Source: Isurus oxyrinchus
Taxonomy: Eukaryota
Reading direction: 5' to 3'
Assembly: GCA_026770705.1 (NCBI GenBank)
Contig: JANJGN010000016.1
Span: forward strand, 10,788,001 to 10,852,000
DNA: 64,000 nt
Below are positions 36,596 to 46,829 of the stretch, one piece after another. The translations under genes were made by a program, and so were the position numbers. Positions within the stretch are counted from its first letter, which is position 1. Every line of letters starts with the position of its first letter. Under the pieces are notes generated by a model. That model was not told the origin of the DNA. It saw only the letters and a program-made list of their open reading frames with translations, and searched no databases.

Positions 36596-37844
36596 GAGAT
36601 GTCTTCCATGCTATCATGTTTTCTTGCAGTTCAACTCAACCATCTGTTTGGCTGTTTCAAAGCTTTGACAGATGGCTAAGCTTATTGTTGTCTTCAAAGG
36701 CTTAAATGCATTCAGCTCTTGAAGTTTTGTTGACACAGTCATTCAGTAGAATCTTATTATTAATGCTTGGCTGAGTTCCAAAGCCACTAATGGATTCAGC
36801 TGGGAAGGGGTTGTTAATACAATCATTCAGTGGAACCTCATTATAAATGCTTGGCTGATTTTCAAACCAACTAAAGCATTCTGTGCAGCAGGAGTTTTTT
36901 TATACAGCTGCCAAGGTAATTTTTAAGTGGCTTTTCAGGGATTGTTTGTGTAATTTTACAGATTTATGATTTCCTCAAAGCTTCCCAATGTTATTATAGG
37001 GTTCCTGAAATAATGGATCTGGGTGAATGGGTCTTGAGGAGAATGGGAGGTGAGGGGGTTTGGGAGGATGAGGGGGTTATGGTGGAGTATCGGTAGTGAG
37101 GGGGGGTGAGGGATGTGAAGTAGGTGAGGGGTCAAGTAGGTGGTGATGGGATGAGTAGGTGCTGGGGGTGAAGGGGTAAGAGGATGAGGGTTAGGGTGTG
37201 TCAAACTCAGCTCCAGAACTGGGTCAATGTCCCAGCGAATGGAGGTGGGTCTTTCAAACTGGCCAGCTTGGCAATGGCCTGCCTCTAATTTCACCTGAGG
37301 TCTGCCTTGGGAGGCTGCAAGCCTGGTCCCCACCTTCAGCAGAGGAAAGCAGCATGGGGAGGGCACTGCCTGACAGGAGGCAGGATCATGCCATCAAGAA
37401 ATCCCCAGGCTCCCAATTCTTGCCTCCAAGATGAAAATCCTGCCCAATTTGTCATTTAACGTCCTCTGAAACACTGGCTCAAGAAGAAGGCCCAATATCA
37501 TCATCTTGGGAGAAATTGGGAATAGGCAATAAACGAGGCCTTGCTGGAGTATCCTACATCTCAAGAGCAAATCATCATTGCCATCTAAATGCCATGCTGT
37601 GTGGTGTTGGTAGCCATAGTCTTCCAAACTTTCTGATCATAGCAACAGTGGGTGACCCTGTTGTTGGAGATCTGGTTAAGCCAGCCTTTAATGTCATCTG
37701 GCTGCCTCCTTCACTGTTGGTCTCTTGGTGACCAGGCATTCCAGCCTTTCTGCTTGTTCTCCTGTCCTCATTCAGTATTTCTCCACTATTTCTTTTCTCT
37801 AGCCAGCGCACTCTTAGGGTCCTTCTTCTGGAAGAGACAAAGCA

Positions 37845-38686
37845 GCTTCAAGGGGATTTGGACAGGCTTCGTGAGTGGGCAAGAACATGGCAGATGGAAC
37901 ATAAAGTGGAAAAATGTGAGATTATCCATTTTGGTAGGAGGAACAGATGTGCAGAGTATTTCTTAAATAGTGAGAGATTAGAAAGTATAGATGTACAGAG
38001 AGACCTGGGAGTCCTTGTCAATCAGTCACTGAAAGCTAGCATATAGGTGCAGCAAGCAATTAGGAAGACTAATGATATGTTAGCCTTCATCGCAAGAGGA
38101 TTTGAGTACAGGAATAGTGAAGTCTTGCTTCAATTGTGTAGAACCTTGGTTAGACAGCACCTGGAGTACTGTGTGCAGTTTGGGAAGGATGTTATTGTTA
38201 TAGAGGGAGTGCAGCAAAAGTTCACCAGGCTTGTTCCCAGGATAGCAGGATTGTCCAATGAAGAGAGATTGGGGAAACTGGGCCAGTATTCTCGAGAGTT
38301 TCAAAGAATGAGAGGTGATCTCATTGAAATCTACAAAATACGTAAAGGGATAGACAGGGTAGGTGCAGGTAAGGCGTTTTGCCTGTTTGGGGAGCCTAGA
38401 AGCAGGGAACACAATTTCCAAATAAGGGGAAAGCCACTTCGGACCGAGATGAGAAAAAAATTGCTTTACTCAAAGGGTTGTGAACCTTTGGAATTCTCTA
38501 CCCCAGAGGGCTGGAGAAGCTCAGTCATTGAGTATGTTCAAAGCAGAGATTGACAGATTTCTAAATACTAATGACATAAAGGGATAGTTTGGGAAAAGGC
38601 ATTGAAGTGGATTGTCAGCCATGATCATGTTGAAATGTGGAGCAGGCTCGATGGGCTGAATGGCCTACTCTTGTTCCTATGTTCTT
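37845..38686 (+). mobile_element. CR1 LINE 3' fragment
   Basis: DRLREWARTWQM...KCEIIHFGR; RQHLEYCVQF; HER1-type tail. Confidence 0.92.
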
Positions 38687-39572
38687 AAGCAGCACATTTG
38701 GAAAGTGCTGATTTTCTTTTCTTCTTCTTTCCCGATGTTCCAAGCTTCACATCCATAATTCATTACTGACCAGATGTAATATTTTAGTATACCGATTCTC
38801 ACTTCAAGACTCAAGCTGCATTTCAATTGAGACAATAAAAAGCTCGCACCCTAAGGAAAATTTCATGCAATGATTCATCAAATATCAGTCAGAAACAGGA
38901 AAACTGCTGCCCTCTTTCCCTCAGCCACTGGCTTGTAGGTGCTAAGACCGAACTGGCAAGCTTGGTACCTGGTGATGACGGGTCTCACACAAGCCTGGGC
39001 ACAAATTAATATCCCCAGGAATACGCAACAGCGACAGCAGCAGCAACAGCTTGCTTTATGTAACACTCTGAAAGTCACATTGAGCCAATAAGGAATTCAG
39101 GAGAAAATAGCCCAACCCTGCAGAAAAAAGTGTGACACCCACCACCAGATAGGGTGGTTGAGGTGAATAGCACAGGTGCATTTAAGATGAACTCGGTAAG
39201 CTAAGGAGAAACAAATAGAAGGGTATACTGATAGGGTTAGATGAAGGGGGTTTATGTGCAGGATAAACAGTAGGATGGGCCACTTGGGGCAAATGGCCTG
39301 TTTCTGTGGTATAGATTTGATTTAAGAAATCTGGGAGGTGGCAGATGCCTTCCTATATAACGTCACATTACAACAGGCAGCACATTCATCCACTACACCT
39401 TTAGGGGAGCCAACATTGGGTATGAAGAATGGATTAAAATATACCATAGATTGCAGGGTATAAGTCGACCTTTGAAGCATTGAAGAACCATATACCGAGC
39501 ATAAAATATGAACCAAAACAGAATTACCTGGAAAAACTCAGCAGGTCTGGCAGCATCGGCGGAGAAGAAAAG

Positions 39573-39611
39573 AGTTGACGTTTCGAGTCCTCATGACCCT
39601 TCGACAGAACT
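39573..39611 (-). ncRNA. Type-I hammerhead motif in Penelope pseudo-LTR
   Basis: Reverse complement of 41546-41584. Confidence 0.75.
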
Positions 39612-40006
39612 TGATTTCGAGTCCAAGAAAGAGTTGAAATATAAGCTGGTTTAAGGTGTGTGTGTGTGGGGGGCGGAGAGATAGAGAGAGAGAGAGGTGG
39701 GGGGTGTGGTTGTGTAGACAAACAAGCAGTGATAGAAGCAGATCATCATAAGATGTCAGCGACAATGGTACAGAAGAACACATAGGTGTTAAAGTTAAAG
39801 TTGGTGATATTATCTAAACGAATGTGCTAATTAAGAATGGATGGTAGGGCACTCAAGGTACAGCTCTAGTGGGGGTGGAGGGAGCATAAAAGATTTTAAA
39901 ATATTTAAAAATAATGGAAATAGGTGGGAAAAGAAAAATCTATATAATTTATTGGGAAAAAAAAAGGGAGGGAAAACAGAAAGGGGGTGGGGATGGGGGA
40001 GGGAGC

Positions 40007-40795
40007 TCACGACCTAAAGTTGTTGAATTCAATATTCAGTCCGGAAGGCTGTAAGGTGCCTAGTCGGAAGATGAGGTGTTGTTCCTCCAGTTTGCGTTGG
40101 GCTTCACTGGAACAATGCAGCAAGCCAAGGACAGACATGTGGGCAAGAGAGCAGGGTGGAGTGTTAAAATGGCAAGCGACAGGGAGGTTTGGGTCATTCT
40201 TGCGGACAGACCGCAGATGTTCTGCAAAGCGGTCGCCCAGTTTACGTTTGGTCTCTCCAATGTAGAGGAAACCACATTGGGAGCAACGAATGCAGTAGAC
40301 TAAGTTGGGGGAAATGCAAGTGAAATGCTGCTTCACTTGAAAGGAGTGTTTGGGCCCTTGGACGGTGAGGAGAGAGGAAGTGAAGGGGCAGGTGTTACAT
40401 CTTTTGCGTGGGCATGGGGTGGTGCCATAGGAGGGGGTTGAGGAGTAGGGGGTGATGGAGGAGTGGACCAGGGTGTCCCGGAGGGAGCAATCCCTACGGA
40501 ATGCCGATAAGGGGGGTGAAGGGAAGATGTGTTTGGTGGTGGCATCATGCTGGAGTTGGCGGAAATGGCGGAGGATGATCCTTTGAATGCGGAGGCTGGT
40601 GGGGTGATAAGTGAGGACAAGGGGGACCCTATCATGTTTCTGGGAGGGAGGAGAAGGCATGAGGGCGGATGCGCGGGAGATGGGCCGGACACGGTTGAGG
40701 GCCCTGTCAACGACCGTGGGTGGAAAACCTCGGTTAAGGAAGAAGGAGGACATGTCAGAGGAACCGTTTTTGAAGGTAGCATCATCGGAACAGAT
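40007..40795 (-). CDS. Penelope ORF C-terminus (RT thumb/linker plus GIY-YIG endonuclease), 5'-truncated and uninterrupted
   Basis: PLVLTYHP, AFRR..SLRDTLV, CPRKRCNTC, FTCISPNLVYCIRCSQCGFLYIGETKRKLGDRFAEH, VACHF, EQHLIFRLGTLQPSGLN. Confidence 0.92.
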   Translation of the reverse strand: MCSDDATFKNGSSDMSSFFLNRGFPPTVVDRALNRVRPISRASALMPSPPSQKHDRVPLVLTYHPTSLRIQRIILRHFRQLQHDATTKHIFPSPPLSAFRRDCSLRDTLVHSSITPYSSTPSYGTTPCPRKRCNTCPFTSSLLTVQGPKHSFQVKQHFTCISPNLVYCIRCSQCGFLYIGETKRKLGDRFAEHLRSVRKNDPNLPVACHFNTPPCSLAHMSVLGLLHCSSEAQRKLEEQHLIFRLGTLQPSGLNIEFNNFRS

Positions 40796-40798
40796 CTG

Positions 40799-41153
40799 CC
40801 AAGGGCCCAAACACTCCTTTCAAGTGAAGCAGCATTTCACTTGCATTTCCCCCAACTTAGTCTACTGCATTCGTTGCTCCCAATGTGGCTTCCTCTACAT
40901 TGGAGAGACTAAACGTAAACTGGGCGACCGCTTTGCAGAACACCTGCGGTCTGTCCGCAAGAATGACCCAAACCTCCCTGTCGCTTGCCATTTTAACACT
41001 CCACCCTGCTCTCTTGCCCACATGTCTGTCCTTGGCTTGCTGCATTGTTCCAGTGAAGCCCAACGCAAACTGGAGGAACAACACCTCATCTTCCGACTAG
41101 GCACTTTACAGCCTTCCGGACTGAATATTGAATTCAACAACTTTAGGTCGTGA
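40799..41153 (+). CDS. Second copy of the Penelope GIY-YIG endonuclease domain, 5'-truncated
   Basis: Same peptide as the minus arm from QGPKHSF to FRS*. Confidence 0.9.
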
Positions 41154-41545
41154 GCTCCCTCCCCCATCCCCACCCCTTTTCTGTTTTCCCCCCCTTTTTT
41201 TTCCCAATAAATTATATAGATTTTTCTTTTCCCACCTATTTCCATTATTTTTAAATATTTTAAAATCTTTTATGCTCCCTCCACCCCCACTAGAGCTGTA
41301 CCTTGAGTGCCCTACCATCCATTCTTAATTAGCACATTCATTTAGATAATATCACCAACTTTAACTTTAACACCTATGTGTTCTATTGTACCATTGTCGC
41401 TGACATCTTTTGATGATCTCCTTCTATCACTGCTTGTTTGTCCACACAACCACACCCCCCACCTCTCTCTCTCTCTATCTCTCCGCCCCCCACACACACA
41501 CCTTAAACCAGCTTATATTTCAACTCTTTCTTGGACTCGAAATCA

Positions 41546-41584
41546 AGTTCTGTCGAAGGGTCATGAGGACTCGAAACGTCAACT
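41546..41584 (+). ncRNA. Type-I hammerhead motif in Penelope pseudo-LTR, predicted cut after 41580
   Basis: agtt-CTGTCGA-agggtc-atgag-gactc-GAAA-cg-TC/aact; stem I extendable by gaaa/tttc. Confidence 0.78.
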
Positions 41585-43239
41585 CTTTTCTTCTCCGCCG
41601 ATGCTGCCAGACCTGCTGAGTTTTTCCAGGTAATTCTGTTTTTGTTTTGGATTTCCAGCATCCGCAGTTTTTTTGTTTTTATAAAATATGAACCCCCTGG
41701 TGTTGGTGTAAGTGGTCGCCATTTTGAAATATGAAAAAATTCTGTTTGCTGGTCACCATGCGCAGTCTGCTATGCGTGGATGTGTCTTAAACTCCTGCAC
41801 ATCTTGGAAACATGGTCTGTATCACTTACTCGACCCCCATGTGCCAAATTACATGTCGAGTATAACTCTGAGCATGTATTTCCGAGCGGAAAAAGTGAGG
41901 CTGACTCCAAATGCGAGTATAGCCCTAAACATATATTTATTAGATGGAAACTTGTGTGTTGAGTGATTGTGGTAAAGTGTGGTACCCTGTCCCTTTAAGA
42001 GAATGCATATACTGATCATGTGACTGCACAGTGGGCAACTGGGAACTGTACATTTAGTCCTGGAAGTTTCTGACTGATCACGTATGATCTGGTGCTCTGC
42101 CTTATGTCTCAATATACCATCAATGTTTATTCTTACATCAGTCTCCCCCCATTATTGATTGCAAGCAGCAATTGAGTTAGAGATCAGTTGGCCAATGAAT
42201 TCATTTACCCAAAACATAAAACTTATGCATTGAGTATAGGCTCAAATATGCATTTTGCCATCCAAAAACAGGGGGCGCCTAATCTGCTGGGTCAAATTAT
42301 ACAACACAATCTATGGTAGCTGAGGTAAATTTAAGATCAAATTAGACCAGTTAGGCAGAATGGCCTGATCCTCAGATGCTAATTCTCTGAATGTTTATGT
42401 GTCCAGACTTGTGTGGGAGGTTAAATTTACAAGTGCATTAAGACCAGGGGTCAATCAGGTAGCCGCATGCATGACAATTCCCGATACTCTAGTTGCCATC
42501 AGCTAGCTCAGCCCAGGCCAGGAACCTCGCTAAAGCAGTTTATTCTAGTCATGGATAATATAAAATCTTGCTGGTAATGTTTATTTGAGGTGACAAAGGG
42601 CTTCAATCCCCTCATGTTTGGGTTAGATTAACACAGATTCAATGCCAAAACATCTGAGGGCAACACCAGTGCTGAATGATATAAATGGATTGTATTCCTG
42701 TTTTAAGGTAGAAAGCATACTAATCTTATCTGATTTACTGCCAGCTACACATCGGCATGATCCTCCCGTTAAGGGACTGCTGAAGTGAAAAATGAAGATT
42801 CTTGGCCAGGCCGTGCTGTGTAAGTTGCTGTGCAACAGTTGTTCAAAGCACCCCTTGGCTGAGGGTACTGAAGATGGAATGGGTTGGAATGCTTCACATG
42901 ATCGAATATCCCACTGGTGCTCTGGGCTCACATAAAAGGAATGGCTGTATGGGCAAGATGGCACCAACGCTTATGCCACCTTACCATACCCCTCAACAAA
43001 GAGTCTGTATCTTTATGAAAGAAAGGTGGGTGGGGCAAGTTATAAAGAAAAGAAAATGAAAAATAAGTGTCTGTGTACAACGTGGAGAGGGAATGCTTAT
43101 TCTTCCAAATAGCATTGTAGGTTAAGGTCAGTTTATTGTTAGTGTGTTTGTGGGTATGTGTTGACTGGGTGGAACGAGAGTGATGTCAGATCACTAAGCC
43201 ATGCTATCAATGAGAAATCATAAACTAATCGCTTGAGGG

Positions 43240-43560
43240 AGTGCTACGAGGTGCTAACGTTCGGGTGACATGTTAAATCAAGTCCCTGCCTGCCTCTCAG
43301 CTGGGCATGCTCACTATTTCAAAGAAAAGCTGGGCAGTTCTATTCAGTGTCTTGACCAATATTTATCCCTCAACCAACATGATGAAGATCAGATCATCTA
43401 GTCATTATCTCGTTGCTGTTTGTGAGACCTTCCTTTGCACGGATTGGCTGCTGCATTTCCTACATTACAACAAAGTCTGCAACTTAGAGGACCACATTGG
43501 CTGTAAGGTGCTTTGAAACAACCTGAGGCCATAAAAGGTGCAATACAAATGCAGGTTCTT
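43240..43560 (+). mobile_element. Deu-SINE
   Basis: ccaatatttatccctcaaccaac...ttggctgctgcatttcctacattacaac...aaatgcaggttctt. Confidence 0.8.
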
Positions 43561-44121
43561 CCTCCTTCTTTAGCCGACTGTTTGGAGGCTCCATTGGGCA
43601 ATAAAATCAAGCTTACAAAGGGAAGCAAGAACTGGAAAAGATTCTCCAGAGTATTTACCTGGCCCCAATCTGGGCATCCAAATGTGCAGGATGTCAACTC
43701 ATAATTATGCCAACGTGAAACAGCATTGCCAAGTAATTGGTAAACGTATGGATGTTTACTCAAAGGATGTTGTAAATGTTAAGGTTGAGGGTTCTTCAGC
43801 CGCTTACAGAATCGTTGTCTCTTTTGGGTGGTGTTACTTTCTTTCTGCCAGCACTGAAGCCCTCAGGCTCCTTGCGCCAACCACATTTTATTTTGCTGCC
43901 AGGGTCACTGGGAATCACCATCTGAGCCTGTTGGTGGAGACACCAGATGGACAAAGGGAGAGATGCCAGGCAGCTTATCAGGCTTACTGTCTTCCCAGGA
44001 ACAGGCTTTGAGAGAGGGTCCAGCTGCTATTTGTGGTTTCTTGCTGTGTGAAAATTGGTTGCCTATGTTGCAGCAACAACTACATTTTTTAAACAGTAGT
44101 TGTTTGGTAGTTCAAAATTCG

Positions 44122-44674
44122 AATATTGCTGACAAACGAGATACGCTGTCGAAACTTTTTGTCTTGCGCTCATCAAGACAGATACACAAGAATATCAATT
44201 GCAAAGGTAACAACAATTTATACCACATGCAAAGAAAGAGTGCTGATTGGTTGGCAAGTGGACTCTGACCGATAGCGGTTTTGCCATGGATAATGCACCA
44301 AGGAATAGTTAATTGCCAAGCTTTAGTTCAAATTTAAACCAGGCAGGTTGTATCCGATCGGGCAAGGCATTGCCACTTCAACTAACCAAAAGCTTGGGGA
44401 CAGCCATTCCCTGGTTCATTACCCATGGTAATGCCTTGACCAATCAGAGTTGATCTGCCTGTTTGCATTTAAACAAAATCTGGGTAGTTAACTGTTCCCT
44501 GGTGCATTCTCCATGGCAATGCCTCTCCAATCAACATCCACTTGCCAAACAATCAGCTCGCTCTTCTCATGCAGTATAAATTGCTATTCCCTTTACAATT
44601 GGTATTCTTGCGAATCTGCCCTGATAAGTGCAAGACAAAAATCTTAGACAGGATGTCTCCTTTTCAGCAATGTT
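44122..44674. mobile_element. Older palindromic element with decayed hammerheads on both arms (Penelope pseudo-LTR-like)
   Basis: Imperfect inverted repeat from aatattgctga to tcagcaatgtt; hammerhead remnants at 44146-44181 (minus) and 44616-44651 (plus); interrupts a Deu-SINE. Confidence 0.75.
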
Positions 44675-45184
44675 AAAAAGTACTTCATTGGCTGTGAAGT
44701 ACCTTGGGATATCCTGAGGTTGTGAAAGGCACTATATGAATGCAATTCATTTCATTTTTAACTTTTTAACCATTTAACATACAATTTTCAAACATAGGCT
44801 TTGCAAAAGGTTAGCACTATATCTGACCAGCAATTTGAATGATTGCTAATTCAAAGTTCCAGGGAGCACCAGTAATATTTTACTTGGATATGAAAGAAAA
44901 GAATAAACCAGGTCAAATCAAATGTGAGTTGGAAAATCTCACATAAGGGAAACTTGTTAAATTTCAGAAGGTGATGCCCTGAACGACTGGTGAATGTATT
45001 CATATTTCAAAGTACTTTATGAAGATCAATTTGGTTCTTCAAGTTGAGATATTTTTCTTCTACTCAAATAATTACATAAAAGACTTCCAACTGTTAAGTA
45101 TATAACTGTCATATCACTGTTCGATCACTCGCTTGCTCACTGTTAGTTTAGTAAATTGACATCTTAAATTAAATTTGATGTGAT

Positions 45185-45550
45185 AGAAACATGGAAAATT
45201 TACAGCACATAAGGAGGCCATTCAGCCCATCATGATTGTGGTGTCCAATTTTCTTGTTCATGTATCCATAGCCCTGTTGGTTACAGCACTTTATGCACAT
45301 AATTAAGTATTTTATAGATGTGAAGACAGTCTTTGCCTCCACAGGGCAGTGGGTTTCAGATGCCCATGAATCTATAGCTGAAAAAATTCTCTTCAACTTC
45401 CCTCTAATCCTCCTCCTGATTTCTTTAAATCTGTGCCCCTGGTTACTGACCTTACCCCTAAGGGAAATAGGTCCTTCCTATTCACTGTAGCTAGGCCCCT
45501 CGTAATTTTATACACCTCTGTTAAATGTTCCCTCAGTCTCCTCTGCTTTG
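45185..45550 (-). mobile_element. Old CR1 3' fragment
   Basis: aaggaggccattcagccc tail; ggcccctcgtaattttatacacctct. Confidence 0.75.
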
Positions 45551-45649
45551 CCTCTCTTGAAGATTGAAGTGTGACCTCAATGCAATTGGTCCAAAACTAA
45601 CCATTTAGGGTGTTTCTCTTTGTTCTTTTAGGCACGTTATTAAAATGTT

Positions 45650-45935
45650 AAATACAAACAGAAAATGCTGGAAATACTCAGCAGGTCAGCCAGCAACTGT
45701 GGAGAGAAAAAAAAAACAGAGTTAATGTTTCAGGTTGCTGACCTTTCACCAGGACTGAAGAAAGCTGGAAACATAATAGGTTTTGAACAAGTGAAAGGAG
45801 GGAGGAGTAGGGATAACACAAGGGATGATCTGTGAGAGGACAGGAGAGATTAAATGGCAAAATGGTTCATGACGCAAGAGCCAGAGGGAGTGGTAATGTG
45901 TACTTTTATTGTCTCCACCACATCAAAGACCTTTC
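45650..45935 (-). mobile_element. Older Penelope 3'/pseudo-LTR fragment with degenerate hammerhead
   Basis: aaatgctggaaatactcagcaggtc...agagttaatgtttcaggttgctgacctttcaccagg (reverse: CTGGTGA-aaggt..acct-GAAA-ca-TT-aact). Confidence 0.7.
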
Positions 45936-45972
45936 TCCCCCCTGCCACCTTTGACTTTGGGCCCTAAGCTCT

Positions 45973-46731
45973 GGGCCTGAATTTTGTCGGATGGAGGGGA
46001 TCGCGTCCTGCCATCCGAAATCAGCGGGGAACGCGTCCCTGCTCGCTGACTCGGAGTGCCCCACAGCCATTTCACACTCAAATCAGCGTTGAGTGATGGC
46101 AGGTGAGACATCCGCCCCTCACCTGGGAGAAAGTCCCATCTTAGAGGGCAGTCGGCCAAGCTGGCTGGCTGGCAGCTCTCCAGCCATTACAGCAACCGTG
46201 CTGCAGTGGACTGAAGAACAAATGCAGGAGGACATTGGAGTGTAAGTCCAAGCACCGGAGGTTCGGGTGAGTTCTAGGGGTCCCAAGGTGTGAGGGCAGG
46301 GAAGGTCTAGAGGAACAACGAGGGGAAAATTGGGGTATGGGGGTAGAGTCCTGGTTGGGAGGGGGGAGGCGGATGGAGGTCTGGAGACCTCCAGAACTTA
46401 AGAGGGAGGGGCACCCCCAATCAGTAGGGGCTTCTGATGGAGGTGCCCTCCCCAGCAGCTTCCCGCCTGGAATCGCATTCTATTCTTTTTCATGCTTCCC
46501 TATAGGCGTTCAATCCTCCTGCCAGCTGAAAAATTGAGGCTGGGTGGGGAACAGCCCTTAAGGCCTCAGCTGGATTAAGGGCGGGCTTCCTATCCAAGGC
46601 CTTGCCTCTCAGTGTAAAATCTCTGTGTCATCAGGGCTGGTGGGAACCCGGAGGGAATCCCGTCCCTTCAACCTCACGCTCCCCCCCCGCTGCCTAAAAA
46701 CCCGTCGGTGGGGGAGTGTAAAATTCTGGCA
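45973..46731. mobile_element. Harbinger-type MITE
   Basis: Termini gggcctgaatttt and aaaattctggca; GC-rich interior like the other MITEs here. Confidence 0.6.
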
Positions 46732-46829
46732 CTGAAGGATCGTAGCAGAAGGCAAGTGCTTCAGGAGAGGAGCGCAGAAGGTGTAAAACAAAACACTGAA
46801 GTGTCGAAAGATAAGAGGGTCTGAGTTAG

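Larger units (their letters stand above)
39515..41680. mobile_element. Penelope-like retroelement in inverted (3' ends outward) arrangement
   Basis: Arms 39515-40361 and 40799-41642 nearly identical, 437-bp spacer, 38-bp extra tail on the right; perfect 14-bp TSD ataaaatatgaacc at 39501-39514 and 41681-41694. Confidence 0.97.

Noticed and set aside
40611-41153. 180-aa plus ORF as a novel fusion gene
   Set aside because: The N-terminal part is antisense Penelope sequence running by chance across the inversion junction into the GIY-YIG copy.
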